Positions 50,021 through 61,750 of a stretch of DNA of 64,000 bases are shown here, piece after piece (positions within the stretch are counted from its first letter, which is position 1; each line of letters begins with the position of its first letter). The stretch lies in contig NC_085841.1 in NCBI RefSeq assembly GCF_035594765.1, forward strand, positions 323,277,402-323,341,401, given 5' to 3'. This stretch comes from Anolis carolinensis (lineage: Eukaryota). The notes beneath the pieces are model-generated. The model saw only the letters and a list, made by a program, of their open reading frames with translations, searched no databases and was not told the origin of the DNA. Both the position numbers and the translations under genes were made by a program.

Positions 50021-53005
50021 GGTACCAAGGGATGGAGGCCTTCAGAGCTCGAGGAAGAGACAGCAGCGCAGAAACCAAGCCTCGGGAAGAGCAAATAAAT
50101 AAAAAGCAAGCACTGCCCTGGATCATGGGTTCACAAACCACAGAACACTGATGCATAAACCACAGGGCACTGATGCATTTGGAGCTTTCAGGTGCTTTTG
50201 TGGGGAGTTCATTGTTTGGCTGCCTCACTTTGAAGCTACGTTCAAACTGCATTAAATGGTCATTATTAGATTAGCTCTTTGACCCTTCACAGTAGAGGGG
50301 AGTGTACAAGAGGAAGATCACACTGCCATCTTAAATCCATGGCCTGCCAAGTATTCCCCCCCCCCCCAATATTTTTTATTAAACATTTACTGGGAGTGTG
50401 GGGGGTGAGGGAAAAAGAGAAGGAAAAAGAAAAAAAAATAAGGGAAAATATTATTAGTTAGTTGCATCTTTACACATATCTAATATGTTGCAAGGAGAAA
50501 ACAGAGGGTGGGAATAACTGGGGTATTGGAAGTTATTTTACAAAATTCTCATTACTACAATTCGGTCTTCTCTATTTCATAAAATATTGAAGAGACTAAC
50601 CATTTTAATTTTTAGTCCGTTAATGTATCTCCTTGTGTCTTCTCACATTATCTCATGATCTTCATATCTCCTTTTCCAGTTCTTCAATGGAAATTTATCT
50701 TGATGTTTCATAGCAGATTGTTTCTCTTAATTCTTTTCTTAAGTTATTTATTATTATTAACGACGAAGAAAATTACACAATTTTCATTTAGTAGGTTAGT
50801 ATTTGTATCATTTTAATATTATCATGCTTTCTCTCTTTTTGTATTACATCAGATTTATATAATTCTATATAAACAATCTTTTTTTAATATCCATCTCAAT
50901 CTTATTAGTTAATGTCATTTCACAAAATTTCTTAAATTTTGGGTGGGTGCTTAGTACAAAATAATTACATACACACTGTATACACACACACACAATATTA
51001 ATAGTAATAATATTTTCCATCCACAACTCTTGAGTTCAAAATTTCATGGTTTTTATATATATTTATTTGATTAAAAGCCAAACTTTCCATGCCTCAAATA
51101 TTGAAGCCCAATTTAATTTATTAAATTTGGCCATTTCAAAAACTCTTCTGGTCTAACCATAATCACTCAGTATGATAATATTTTAAAGACTTTCCCAGAT
51201 TACTCTCCAACTTCTCTTTTTCAAGGTTTTGTTCATGCTGGCCCATTCAAAATTTGTCTCCAGTATCTGGCACAGTTCTTTCTCTACCTCTGGTTCCTGT
51301 TTTTCATGTTCTGCAACTTCAGTCCATATCTTTCTCAGATTTTGAACATTTTCATAGACACCTCTCCATCTGAGTAAGGACCTTAGTAAATGAACTGGTT
51401 GTTATTTTAGCTATATATTATCTTGTATACAGATCTTTTGACTGAAGATAATCCAGCTTTGATACCTCTCCAGTTGATTTATTCTTTATTAAGGTTCCAA
51501 ATTTGTAATGTAGTATGTCTATAGTGCTTGATATGTCTTGTAATTTATCCAGTTGGCTGTTTGCAGTTTCAAAGGCATTGTTTAAAATTTCAATTTTTCT
51601 ATTCATTTCCTTTTTCCATTCTTCTCTTCCGTTTCCATCTGCTTTTTCTTCTGAATCTATATACACAGTCATCATTTTATCTTGTTCTTTTGTTGGCCTG
51701 TCAAGTGTCTATGTCTGTCTTTGCCAGTGTTTTTGATTGCACCAATGTTGAAAAAAATGGTTTACAGAAAGTGCACATACTTGTTAGTCAAGTAGCCCAT
51801 GGTTCTTGTGCTACTCCACTTAGAATCCAATCAATTAATAAGTCTTCGACTAATGAGTCTTGTAAGAAGGGCCAATTTGTCATACATTTCCAAAATTGGA
51901 AATTCTCTATGTGGAAATCCTCCAGAAAGCAGAAGCTCCATATATCAGTATCAGTAGAGAATTATCTATTTATAGATTTTGGGATTTACAAACTTCTTCT
52001 TACAAGAGAGTAAGGACTCTGTGCCCTCAAGGAGAAGCCTTCTTGTAAAGTATATATGGTTACTTACTTGGGATTCTTATTGAATGATCATACATTCCTC
52101 TTTTCAGAGGGCAGTCATTATTATAAGACTTTGTGTATACAACAGATATGTCCACTATATATGTCTATTACTATCATGTTGTAAAAAACCATTACTATTG
52201 TAATTGATATACCTCAGCAAATGACACATCCCAAGATTCCATGGCAGTTAAAATGGCATCAAACCGCATTAATTCTGCACGGCAGATGCAGACCACAGAC
52301 ACTTGTGATCTGCATCTACCGTGGGGCAGGGTTGTGTTTTGGAGCATGGGTAAGTGAAACCATGGCTACTGAGTTTGCAGATATGTTTGCTGTGTTGTAT
52401 TCATTTCTTAAAACAAAGTACTGTAAAATAAAAATTTGTTTGTGATTGTGGCTTGTTAACAAAGGAAACCTGTTGTTGTCCATCCTTGCATCACAGAGCC
52501 CCCACCCCCCAATCCCATGTTAACAAAGCGAGCAGGTGTTTTCTAATAACAAACATGATTCAAAAGTAAATGAATAGGCAGGTGCTAAACTTGAGTATTA
52601 CTTTATTTTCATTAGTCACAGTAGTTTTTCAGTGAGCTGCAGCTGAATTAGTTGGGAATTGCTTGTGACACAATATCCACAAAAACAGGCTGCAAGTGTC
52701 ATGTAATCATAGAATTATTCTGAACTCGTTTATTGTTAAATCCCAGTTCATCTCAAGTGAACAACAGTTCCATAACCAAGTTTTTCAAGTAGTTCCCTTT
52801 GGTACAGAAGAAAATGATATAGGAGTTGAATGAGAAACAAAAGTTGAAGCCTTCCATACTTTTAGCAGTTTCCTCGTTTGATCCTAATAGGAACGCTTGT
52901 TCAGTAATCCAGGCAATTAAATAGTAGTGGTAGAGTCATTCAAAAATGATTGCATTACTCTAGCCTTACATTTCTAATTGGGCACAAGATGTGGTCATAG
53001 TGCAA

Positions 53006-53365
53006 TAGATGGTAATAGAAAAAGAAGATTAGGAAGAAAGGAGGGAGAGAGGAGAAAGGAAGAGAAATAGCAAAAAGGAAAGAAAAGGAAAAGACCTCAA
53101 GAAGATACCAGGAAGTCACGAATCTTTTAACTTACCATCTAATGTTTATGATTGTCTTAATCATCTATTGATCTGCTTACCTTCCCTCCCGCCTCCTTTC
53201 TCTAATCTTTCCTCTGTCTCTATATCTTATTGTACTTTTCTCTTTCTTTCCTCCTCTCTCATTCTTTCTACTTCTCTCTTTCCCACTTTTCTTTTTCTTT
53301 TCCTTAAATTTTCTTTTATTAATATATATTTTTTAAAAAAATTAATAAAGATTATATTTTTAAAA
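53006..53365 (+). mobile_element. Retroposed insert, probably an L1 3'UTR
   Basis: Perfect 20-bp TSD AAGATGTGGTCATAGTGCAA (52986-53005, 53366-53385); AATAAA and A-rich end. Confidence 0.7.
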
Positions 53366-53403
53366 AAGATGTGGTCATAGTGCAAAAGAGCAATGGGATA
53401 GAT

Positions 53404-54143
53404 TGCGGTCGGCGGCCAGACTAATAACTGGGGCGAGTTACAGGGAGAGATCCACTCCCTTGTTCAAGGAGCTCCACTGGCTACCGTTTATTTTCCGGTC
53501 CTAATTCAAGGTGCAGACCATCATTTATAAAGCCCTAAACGGTTTGGGACCCACCTACCTTCGTGACCGTATCTCTTATCATAAACCTGCCCGATCCCTT
53601 CGATCGTCAGGGGAGGCTCTCCTGTCATCACTGCCAATATCTCAGGCCCGCCTTGTGGGAACAAGGGAGAGGGCCTTCTCTGCTGTGGCCCCCCCATTGT
53701 GGAACTCACTGCCCGGTGAGATTAGGCAAGCCCCCACACTAGCAGCCTTTAAAAAAGACCTGAAAACATGGCTCTTCCGTTGTGCCTTTGGAAAGTAATC
53801 ACTACATACATCCCTTTTGCTGCTCTCCTTCAATATTTGTCCTCCAGATCGCACCACCACTTTATGATCCTGTCCTCTGTGGTTTTTACTCCTACTTCCT
53901 TTCTCACCTCGAGTTTTAATCTAGAGTTCATGTGGCCTGCCCTTGGTTTTATTGTTCTTTGATCTTGTTTAATGTAGTGTATATTTTCTTTTATTGTGTT
54001 GTTTAATGTGCTATGATTTGTTGTTCTATTATATTTTGTTATATTGTATTGTTCTGGGCATGGCCCCATGTAAGCCGCCCCGAGTCCCCATTGGGGAGAT
54101 GGTGGCGGGGTATAAATAAAGTTTTTTATTATTATTATTATTA
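53404..54143 (+). mobile_element. L2 LINE 3' end (fairly young)
   Basis: LFKELHWLP...YKALNGLGPTYLRDRI...RSLRSSGEALL...RAFSAVAPPLWNSLP...FKKDLKTWLF; stem-loop and (TTA)n tail. Confidence 0.93.
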
Positions 54144-54315
54144 TAGATGACCAGATACAATTCAGTTTTTAAGCACATTGTAACTGTCAGTTCATTGGAT
54201 TTATCCACAATATGTTAGTGCATGCAAAACTCTGCAGTGATTGAATAACATGTTTTCTGTCATGAACAGCTGATAGAAGGATGTTTGTGTCAATATAGCT
54301 TTTTTCCCATCATAG

Positions 54316-54417
54316 TTAATGTCTAGTGGGATTTGGCAGAGAGGTGAAGATGAGGAAGGTTTTTATGGGTTTTTACCTGAAGACATCCTGAAAGAAGTTA
54401 ACCGAGCTGCAAGGCTG
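54316..54417 (+). CDS. G2E3: G2E3 coding exon: [34 protein letters not shown]
   Basis: TAG / GTAAGG splice sites; the MSSGIWQRG...YGFL..DI.KEVNRA signature of G2E3. Confidence 0.96.
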
Positions 54418-54766
54418 GTAAGGATATATCTCACATAGCTTGTTTGATCAGAGGGGTGTGGCCCCAGATATGCTAAAGCATTGTGCTAATTGATATTATA
54501 ACTGTATTGCAGTTAGCTAATGCTTTCTTTTAAAGTTTGCAGGGTTTCATCATCAAGGAAGGTATTTGTAACATTGAATTAAGAAATTTATGTATAATTG
54601 ATCCATAAATTTGATGTAATATTTTGGGTGAGAGAACAGTTCCAGAACATCAAAAGTACATGTGCAGTAAACAATGAATTTAGCATTTTTCTTTTGTTGC
54701 TTGAAGTGAAAAGAACAAAAACACATCTTCCATCTGATCAGTGGGACTAGCACACACTCATATATA

Positions 54767-54801
<35 letters not shown>

Positions 54802-55688
54802 GCATGTGTAAGACAAGATAAATGAATCCGACTTTGAAATGCTAGAACTGGCTGTTGTTTCTCCCAAAATGGCTCATGGTTTGAGAGTCCATATGAACAC
54901 TTCCAGTGACGTTAGTAAATAGCATACAAAAGTAAATATAAAAATAGAATTAAAGGATTTTAATAATAATAAAACAATATTTACCTTTGTAAAAAAGAAC
55001 GCTATTTTAAAAAATGAAAGATCTTAAAACATTTCTGTTAAATCAACACAGCAGTGCTCAGCCTGTTTCTTTAAAACCTTTCTGTTTTAAAAGTTTATCT
55101 GAGTAAATGATAGTAGCCTGCCTTCTTGGTTTGCCAGGAAGGGATGGGGCAGCTGTACAACATTGCCTCCAAATCCCAAATTCAAAACCTCCCACAACTG
55201 TACACTTCTACCATCCATCACAGAAATACTAAACATGTATGGTGGGTGTCATGTGCAAAATTGTTGGGTATTTCAAATCTATCAAAGCTATCTTAATGTT
55301 GCTGTTACAACAAAGATTTGTAATTAAAAAATGTAGGAATCAAGGGTCAAATGAACCTCTGGAATTCTGCTGGCTAACAGTGGAATCCATTGCAGGCAAC
55401 ACAGAAACCTGATGGGATAAGTGGGTGGTTTTTTTCCCATCTATTTTATCTTGATAATAAAAAATAAGGTCCAGTTTTATTTAGATCATTACTTTACAGT
55501 TCAACCCAATATGCTTTTCCCTCCATGTAAGCTTGTATGTAAACTAACTGTATCTTGTTTCTGAATCTGGAAATGATTACAGACCTTAATGTATGCATTG
55601 AAATTAGTTTTTAATTTAAAACAAAACACGGTAGATCAGAAGGTTGCTGAGCTGCTTTAGGCTAATGTGTTTATTATTTTCTTTTTAG

Positions 55689-55813
55689 AAATGCAGTATC
55701 TGTAAGAAAAAAGGTGCTTCAATTGGTTGTGTGGCATCCAGATGCAAACGAAGCTATCATTTGCCCTGTGGTACTGAGAAAGGATGCATCTTCCAGTTCA
55801 GGGGTTCTTTCCC
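55689..55813 (+). CDS. G2E3: G2E3 coding exon: [41 protein letters not shown](P)
   Basis: TAG / GTAAGG splice sites; extended-PHD core CxxC..GASIGC....C.RSYH.PC. Confidence 0.96.
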
Positions 55814-56018
55814 GTAAGGTTTTTAAATCTCTTTCAGTAGAATTATGTGAATTAATTTAATTTCTGAATTGTACACTACAGCTGTGTAGTTTGCTTCAGC
55901 AGAAGGGATGAAGAATCCAGTGGCACCTTAAAGATTAAAAAGTTTTATTTGCCTTATGTTTTTATAGGCTGCAGCCTCTTCAGCTACTTTCCTAGATTTC
56001 CTGTGTTTTACCTGTTAA

Positions 56019-56310
56019 CAGGCCTGTAGCCAGGATTTTGTTAGGGGGGGGGAGGGTGAGTCTGAGTGAGAGAGGATCTAACCTAGCAAACTTTTGTATT
56101 GTTTATCCCAATACCCCCATGCATTTGGAATATATTGAGCATGGTGATCAGATCATGATATGAATAAACATAACACTTTAAATAATAAATGTTATTTATT
56201 TACTTTCATTAACAAAATGTACCAGTAAGGCCTTCTCGCGGACCACCCTGAGGATTTCAGGGGGGCTGAAGCCCCTCAAGCTGCCCCCGCCCCCCGCGGC
56301 TACATGCCTG
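56019..56310. mobile_element. hAT MITE
   Basis: TIR CAGGCCTGTAGCC / GGCTACATGCCTG; perfect 8-bp TSD CCTGTTAA. Confidence 0.88.
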
Positions 56311-56335
56311 CCTGTTAAACTTTGTTTATTAAAAA

Positions 56336-58335
56336 CTAGCTTGGGAACCCGGGTTATTTGAAAAGGCATTATTTGTCTTTGATTGTTGGGTATTCTCAGT
56401 TTGGAGTGGGTGAACTACAATTCCTAGAATCATGGGTCAATCCTCCCCAAACCCTGCCAATATTCAGAGTTGGCCATTTTGGGTCTGTGCATCAAGTGTG
56501 GTGCTGATCTGTCATCGCCTGGCTGCAGTGCTCTCTGGATGGGGGTGAACTGCTACAACTCCCAGATTCCAGGGGCAATTGTCCCAAAACATCTGTCAGT
56601 ATCCACAGCAGGCTATGTTGAGTCTGTGTGCTAAGTTTGGTCCAGATCCATCATTGGCCGGGTTCAGTGCTCTTTGGATGCAGGTGAACTACAACTCCAA
56701 AAAGCAAGGCCCATTCCCACAGACCCCTGCAGTATGTTCAGTTGGTCCTGGTCCATTGTCGGTGGGGGCCACTGTTTTTCTGGATGCAGGTGAACTATAA
56801 CTCCCTTTCCCCCAAACTTGTCCAATATGTTGTATTAGTTATGGGGCCTCTGTGTGCCAAGTTTGGTCTTGGTCCATCATCGGTGGGGTTTGAAGTGCTC
56901 ATTCATTGCAGGTGAACTATAAATCCCAATACCTACTCCTCCCAAATGTCCAGGTCAATTCCCCTCCAAACCCACTGTTGTGTCTCAGAAACAGCATAGC
57001 CAAAGTAAGGATGAAGGAAGGGGATTCTGGGTTTCAGATACAAGAGCCAGATGATGGGATGCAGGATGAATTTCAGGACGATGGCATGGGGATGGGAATC
57101 ATACAGGCTGATTTAGAGGCTCGAGAAATGCAGCTTGAGCAGAATGAACTGTTGACCCAGCCGGCCATAGATAACAGCCAGGATGACATTCCCATGGGAA
57201 TTTATGAGCAAGAGATGTCTCAAGCCCCGGTGTCTCAAGCCCCGGTTCAGGTGCAAGATAACAAGGACCTTGAAGGGGCACCATCATTATCTAGGGCGGA
57301 CCGGTTGTTATGGAAGGGAGTACCTCAGCCTCGGAGGAGTGTAAGATTGGCGGGGAAGAGAGAGGCCTTGGAAGGAAAGAGAAATGCATTCTTGGGTTGC
57401 TTTTAAAACTGTGTGTTTTGAGATAGATTTTTGTCAAAGCAAATTCTCACTTCATCTGAATGGATGTTCCTGCTTCATGCCTAAGAGAAGTTTCCTGTTC
57501 CTGGATCTTGGTAACCTTTGAGCCTTTGTTCTTTGGGATCTATTGTCTAATGTTTTGGCTTATGGACTATTGGATTTTTATGGTTTATGGACTATTGGAT
57601 TTTTATGGCTTATGAACTATTGGATTCCTATTGACTCTTTTACTGCAACTTTGAAAACCTTATAACTGCCTGCTTTGATATATTCGTGCTTTTGTTCAAT
57701 AAAACTACAAAAGACTTCCTTCTGTATGTGACTTGGTGTCCATAGCAAGGTGAATTATTCTGAGGTGCGACACCCACCAGTATTCAAATCTGGGCATATC
57801 AGGTATGCATGGCAAGTTTGGCCCACAGCCATCATTGTTTGGGCTTATAGCATTCTGGGTGTAGGTGAACTACAACTCCTCTAAATTCCCAGTTGGAGTC
57901 ACAGTGCTCTGACGATGCAGCGTGAACTACAACTTCCACCATGTGCAGTCAATCCCGAAACTCCTCCAGTAAGTTTAGTTCCTTCTCAGTTCTGCAGACA
58001 GATTTGAAAGGGAAGAGCAGTAGGTGGGGTCATGCAAATTCCACAGCAATGGAGAACCCTGGGATGCCTGCCTGTGGTGCAAGGGCAGTGGGCGGGGTCA
58101 TGCAAATTTCACAGCAATGGAGAACCCTGGAATGTCTGCCTGTGGTGGAAGAAAAAGCAAAATCTAGGATGAAATTGTCCCCAAATGAAAGCATTCCTTG
58201 GGTGGTGGGCCGTAGTCTTTGGGAAGGACATTGGCAGGGGTAGGGCTGCATGTTCATTGAGCTCGCTGTAACCGGAATGTCAGTGAAAAAGAGTGACTTG
58301 CTGGCTTCTTGGCACTGGGAACTGCTTCAACTTCT
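56336..58335 (-). mobile_element. Helitron-like element with tandem ~120-bp units, interrupted by solo LTR B
   Basis: CTAG at 56336-56339 next to the palindrome AACCCGGGTT; body homologous to 19435-20284. Confidence 0.6.
56976..57772 (+). mobile_element. Solo LTR B (797 bp) with a 131-aa ORF at 57011-57406
   Basis: TGTTGTGTCTCAGAA / TTCTGAGGTGCGACA inverted ends, 5-bp TSD CCCAC (56971-56975, 57773-57777), AATAAA at 57698. Confidence 0.9.
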
Positions 58336-58584
58336 TTCTGTACACAAGCTATAATGTATCACATTATGCATTTCATGAAGCAGACTAGCTTACAAAGGGT
58401 CATGGTAACATAATGTTTCAAAAGTTTCTTTCAATTATTCTGAAAAACTTTTTTTTTAAAAAGAAAGTTTGTGTCACTCAGGTTGTTATCAGTATAATTA
58501 TATTTACATTAGTCTGTGTTTTAGATACTGATCTTGTACAAGCAGAAAGATAGGATATTAAACAAATGTGATTGTGTACTCCAG

Positions 58585-58747
58585 ATCATATTGTTGGAAA
58601 CACCGTCCTACTCAAAAACGGCCATCTACTGCTAAAGGATCATCACAATGTACAATATGTTTGGAACTGGTTGAACATGCCCCATCATACAATATTCTGA
58701 CAAGTCCATGCTGTAAAAATGCTTGGTTTCATAGAGAGTGCTTACAG
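58585..58747 (+). CDS. G2E3: G2E3 coding exon: [54 protein letters not shown]
   Basis: CAG / GTATGT splice sites; RING-like finger CTICLE...[14 protein letters not shown]. Confidence 0.96.
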
Positions 58748-59691
58748 GTATGTCTGGAATGCCATGATAGTACTGGCTTTTAAAAATTAAGAAAAAGCTA
58801 TTAAATGTGACCATAGACTAGTGAAACCTAAATTTTATTTTGGACTTCAGTACCCAGAAGACACAGCCTGCTTGGTCAACAGTTGGGAATTCTGGCAACT
58901 GAAATCCAAAGCATCTGGAAAGCTAAAGTTTGGAAAACACTGATCTATACAGTAGTTCAGTTTTTAATGTTGTTTTGTACTTTAAATGTTACAGACTTTT
59001 ATTAAGAATGCCAGTCAGCCATATTCTCTTCCAAAATCCTCCCCAGAGTCAGCTAACATTCCTGTAGAACTGCTGTATTACTGTTGGGGTAGTTTCCTTT
59101 AATGGGGTTCTCCTTCATAGCTGTCTTAATGATTTCTTGTAGTTCTGCAAAATTTGGAGTTCCCCAGATCTACTGATACATTATTTTTGGTGTGTATGCT
59201 ATCATTTTGACTACATAAAGATAAACACTTGGAGATGTGCTACATGATAAAAAATATTTAATATGCTAACATGTAGTTGTAGAAAACCCAACCCTCAGCT
59301 GATAATATGCAAAACTCAAAAGTATTAAATGTTGCATTAAGTCACGTTTCCACCAGCTGTATTAGGACAGTTAAAGAGAGTGCTCAGTGAATCTAACAAA
59401 AACCTAACTTGGAAATAAATTATGCAACAATTGGTCTGATGGGATGGATCGATTTCAGGTTTCCACATCACCAAACCGAAGTAACTGAAATGGAGCTCAA
59501 GAAATTCGGCTGTATGGTATTATGGGTACATCACCAGATTTTGCTTTAGCTGTAATGCCAACATCTGAACTGAGTACAAAAGTACAATCATTTTCACAGC
59601 AGGTAAACAAGAGTTCTGCTCTTGCTTTTCTCAGCCATATTCCAACAAACAGTTCACCACTTGGAAAAATTAATGGGCAATAAGTCAAAAA

Positions 59692-60412
59692 TGGAGTAAC
59701 AAAGGCTTACTCTTTGGCTCTCATGACAGACAGAATGATGCACTTTAGTCCTGAAACACCCAGTACCAAACCCGAGTCCAGTAGTACTAACTACAAAAGT
59801 TTATTAGAAAAGCAGGTACAAATAGAAAAAGGGCATTTCCCAAAAGGGCAGAAAAGTACAGAATACAAAATAGCAATACTCCAGAAATGTCCAAGTACAG
59901 AGAGCCAAAATCCAGAGCAGTCATTCAGACATATATCCATAAGCATGAAATCAAGAACTTATTCCAAGGCAATTCCTTCAAAGAACATAAGTAAACAGAA
60001 GACTTGAATCATGAACTTGAGAGCCGAGGCAAGAAAGCCATCCTTAAGGTAACATCTTCTCCTTAATCTAAGCCTGACCAAGAAGCCATGAGAACATGCC
60101 GAAGGCACCTGGACTTCAAAGACTTCTCACGGATTCTCTCACATTAGTCAATTTTTCACTCCTCCCATTCTCAAGTCTAATCTAACTTCTCTTGAAAATT
60201 CCCCATCAGAAGGCTCTTTCCCAGGGGACTCTGGACTTTCACTTTCCCTTGTTTCCCCTGTTGCCTGGGAACAGGTACTGGAATTCAAAGCATCAGCCTC
60301 GTCTGGCTGCAGTTCTCTCCTAGTATGGACAGACCCATCACTCTGAAACCCATCAAATCCTTTGTCCTCTGAAATATCAGAAAAATCCTCCATTGCTTGC
60401 TGAGCCACAACA
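59692..60412 (-). mobile_element. Solo LTR D with an 81-aa ORF at 60393-60148
   Basis: Minus start TGTTGTGGCTCAG resembles LTR B; AATAAA near 59800; candidate TSD AAAAA is low complexity, so the left end is uncertain. Confidence 0.65.
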
Positions 60413-60712
60413 AAAAAATTCTGCTTTGTTACCTGCGCTGCTGCTGTTGTCCAGCTTGCCCCATTGCCACCTTCTTCTTCTGCAAACCAGTGAATGGTCT
60501 TCTGTAATCCAAGAAATGTTATCAGCACTGCAGCACTACAGTGTGTGTGTGGACTCATTTCTAGTTCTGATAAGAATTTACAAAAGCAAAGTGATCATGT
60601 CAATAGGTTTGATAACTAAAAAAGGCCGGGTCATTGTAGCTACCAGAATATTGTTATATGAGCCTATAATAAATAATCTTTATTTTTCCTTCCTTCTCAT
60701 TTTTGGATCCAG

Positions 60713-60819
60713 TGTCAAGCTCTGAGTGCAGGAGTGTTTTTCTTTAGATGCCCAGTATGTAATAATACAGAGAAATTTCAGAGTGAAATGTTGAGAATGG
60801 GCATTCATATTCCAGAAAA
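60713..60819 (+). CDS. G2E3: G2E3 coding exon: [35 protein letters not shown](K)
   Basis: Long pyrimidine tract plus CAG; GTAAGT donor; [11 protein letters not shown]...[13 protein letters not shown] motif. Confidence 0.96.
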
Positions 60820-60955
60820 GTAAGTGCTTCCTGAATTTTTATTTTTATTATACTAAATTGTTTTACGGGCCTGCTGCTCCAATTCCATTTGCTATTTTAA
60901 CAAGGCGAAAATATAGAACTGGAAATGTTCTAAATAAACACTTCACTCTTTCCAG

Positions 60956-61072
60956 AGATGCCTCTTGGGAACTGGAGGAGAATGCATATCAAGATCTTCT
61001 TCAGTGCTATCAACACTGTGATGTAAAAAGGTGCCTCTGCCGACATGGAAGAGATTACAGTGAGCCTGATAG
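60956..61072 (+). CDS. G2E3: G2E3 coding exon: [38 protein letters not shown](S)
   Basis: CAG / GTATTA splice sites; [12 protein letters not shown] signature. Confidence 0.95.
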
Positions 61073-61404
61073 GTATTAATAAATGCAACTTTGAAAAGTC
61101 TGGATCACAGGATTCTATCAATAGAAGAAACCCTATCAGAATGGAACCTCTGGATCCAATCCAATATTTTTATTATAGTGGTGCCTTTCTCCGCAAATGT
61201 GCTGGTTATTTGCTTTTACTTCTGTTCCAGTGGCATGCGTATGGTGTTATCTTTTGATAATTAGCACAAGGCACTTTTTGATAATCTTTGTAATAGAAAG
61301 GCAGATTTTAAAATGTAAAATTATATATTTTGATAATATTCCATCCAGTTTTATTGTGCAGGCAATGCATTGAGCTGAATTTCAAATGCATTTTTCCCCT
61401 TTAG

Positions 61405-61532
61405 TAAATGGGAGATAAAGCGCTGTCAGTACTGCGGCTCCAGTGGAACTCACTTTGCGTGTTCCTCACTGACGAGTTGGGAGAAAAATTGGGAATGCGC
61501 TGGATGCAGAACCATTCTTGCCGAATCAAATG
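61405..61532 (+). CDS. G2E3: G2E3 coding exon: [42 protein letters not shown]
   Basis: TAG / GTATGA splice sites; third PHD finger (C..CGSSGTH.AC...WEC..C). Confidence 0.95.
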
Positions 61533-61617
61533 GTATGAAATGACTGCTAATGAGACTTAAATTAACTAAAACTTGTTAAGTAATTCCAAAAGTGATACTA
61601 TGAATTTAATCATATAG

Positions 61618-61750
61618 GGAACATTAAGAAATGGAGAAAACGTTCTTTGAGTACGGCAGAAAAAACAGATATCGGAGATGGTTTGCGAGAAGATCCCTCA
61701 CCCAAATGGCCAAGACAGTCTCCTGGATCCCATCTTGGCTTCCTCATCAG
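61618..61750 (+). CDS. G2E3: G2E3 coding exon: (G)NIKKWRKRSLSTAEKTDIGDGLREDPSPKWPRQSPGSHLGFLI(R), probable GC donor
   Basis: TAG acceptor after an 85-nt intron; SPK.PRQSPGS linker as in vertebrate G2E3; ends at CAG|GCATGT, which gives the phase needed by the next exon. Confidence 0.8.

Noticed and set aside
49691-50252. Ser/Pro/Phe-rich and Arg/Gly/Glu-rich ORFs
   Set aside because: Artefacts of a GA-rich low-complexity tract.
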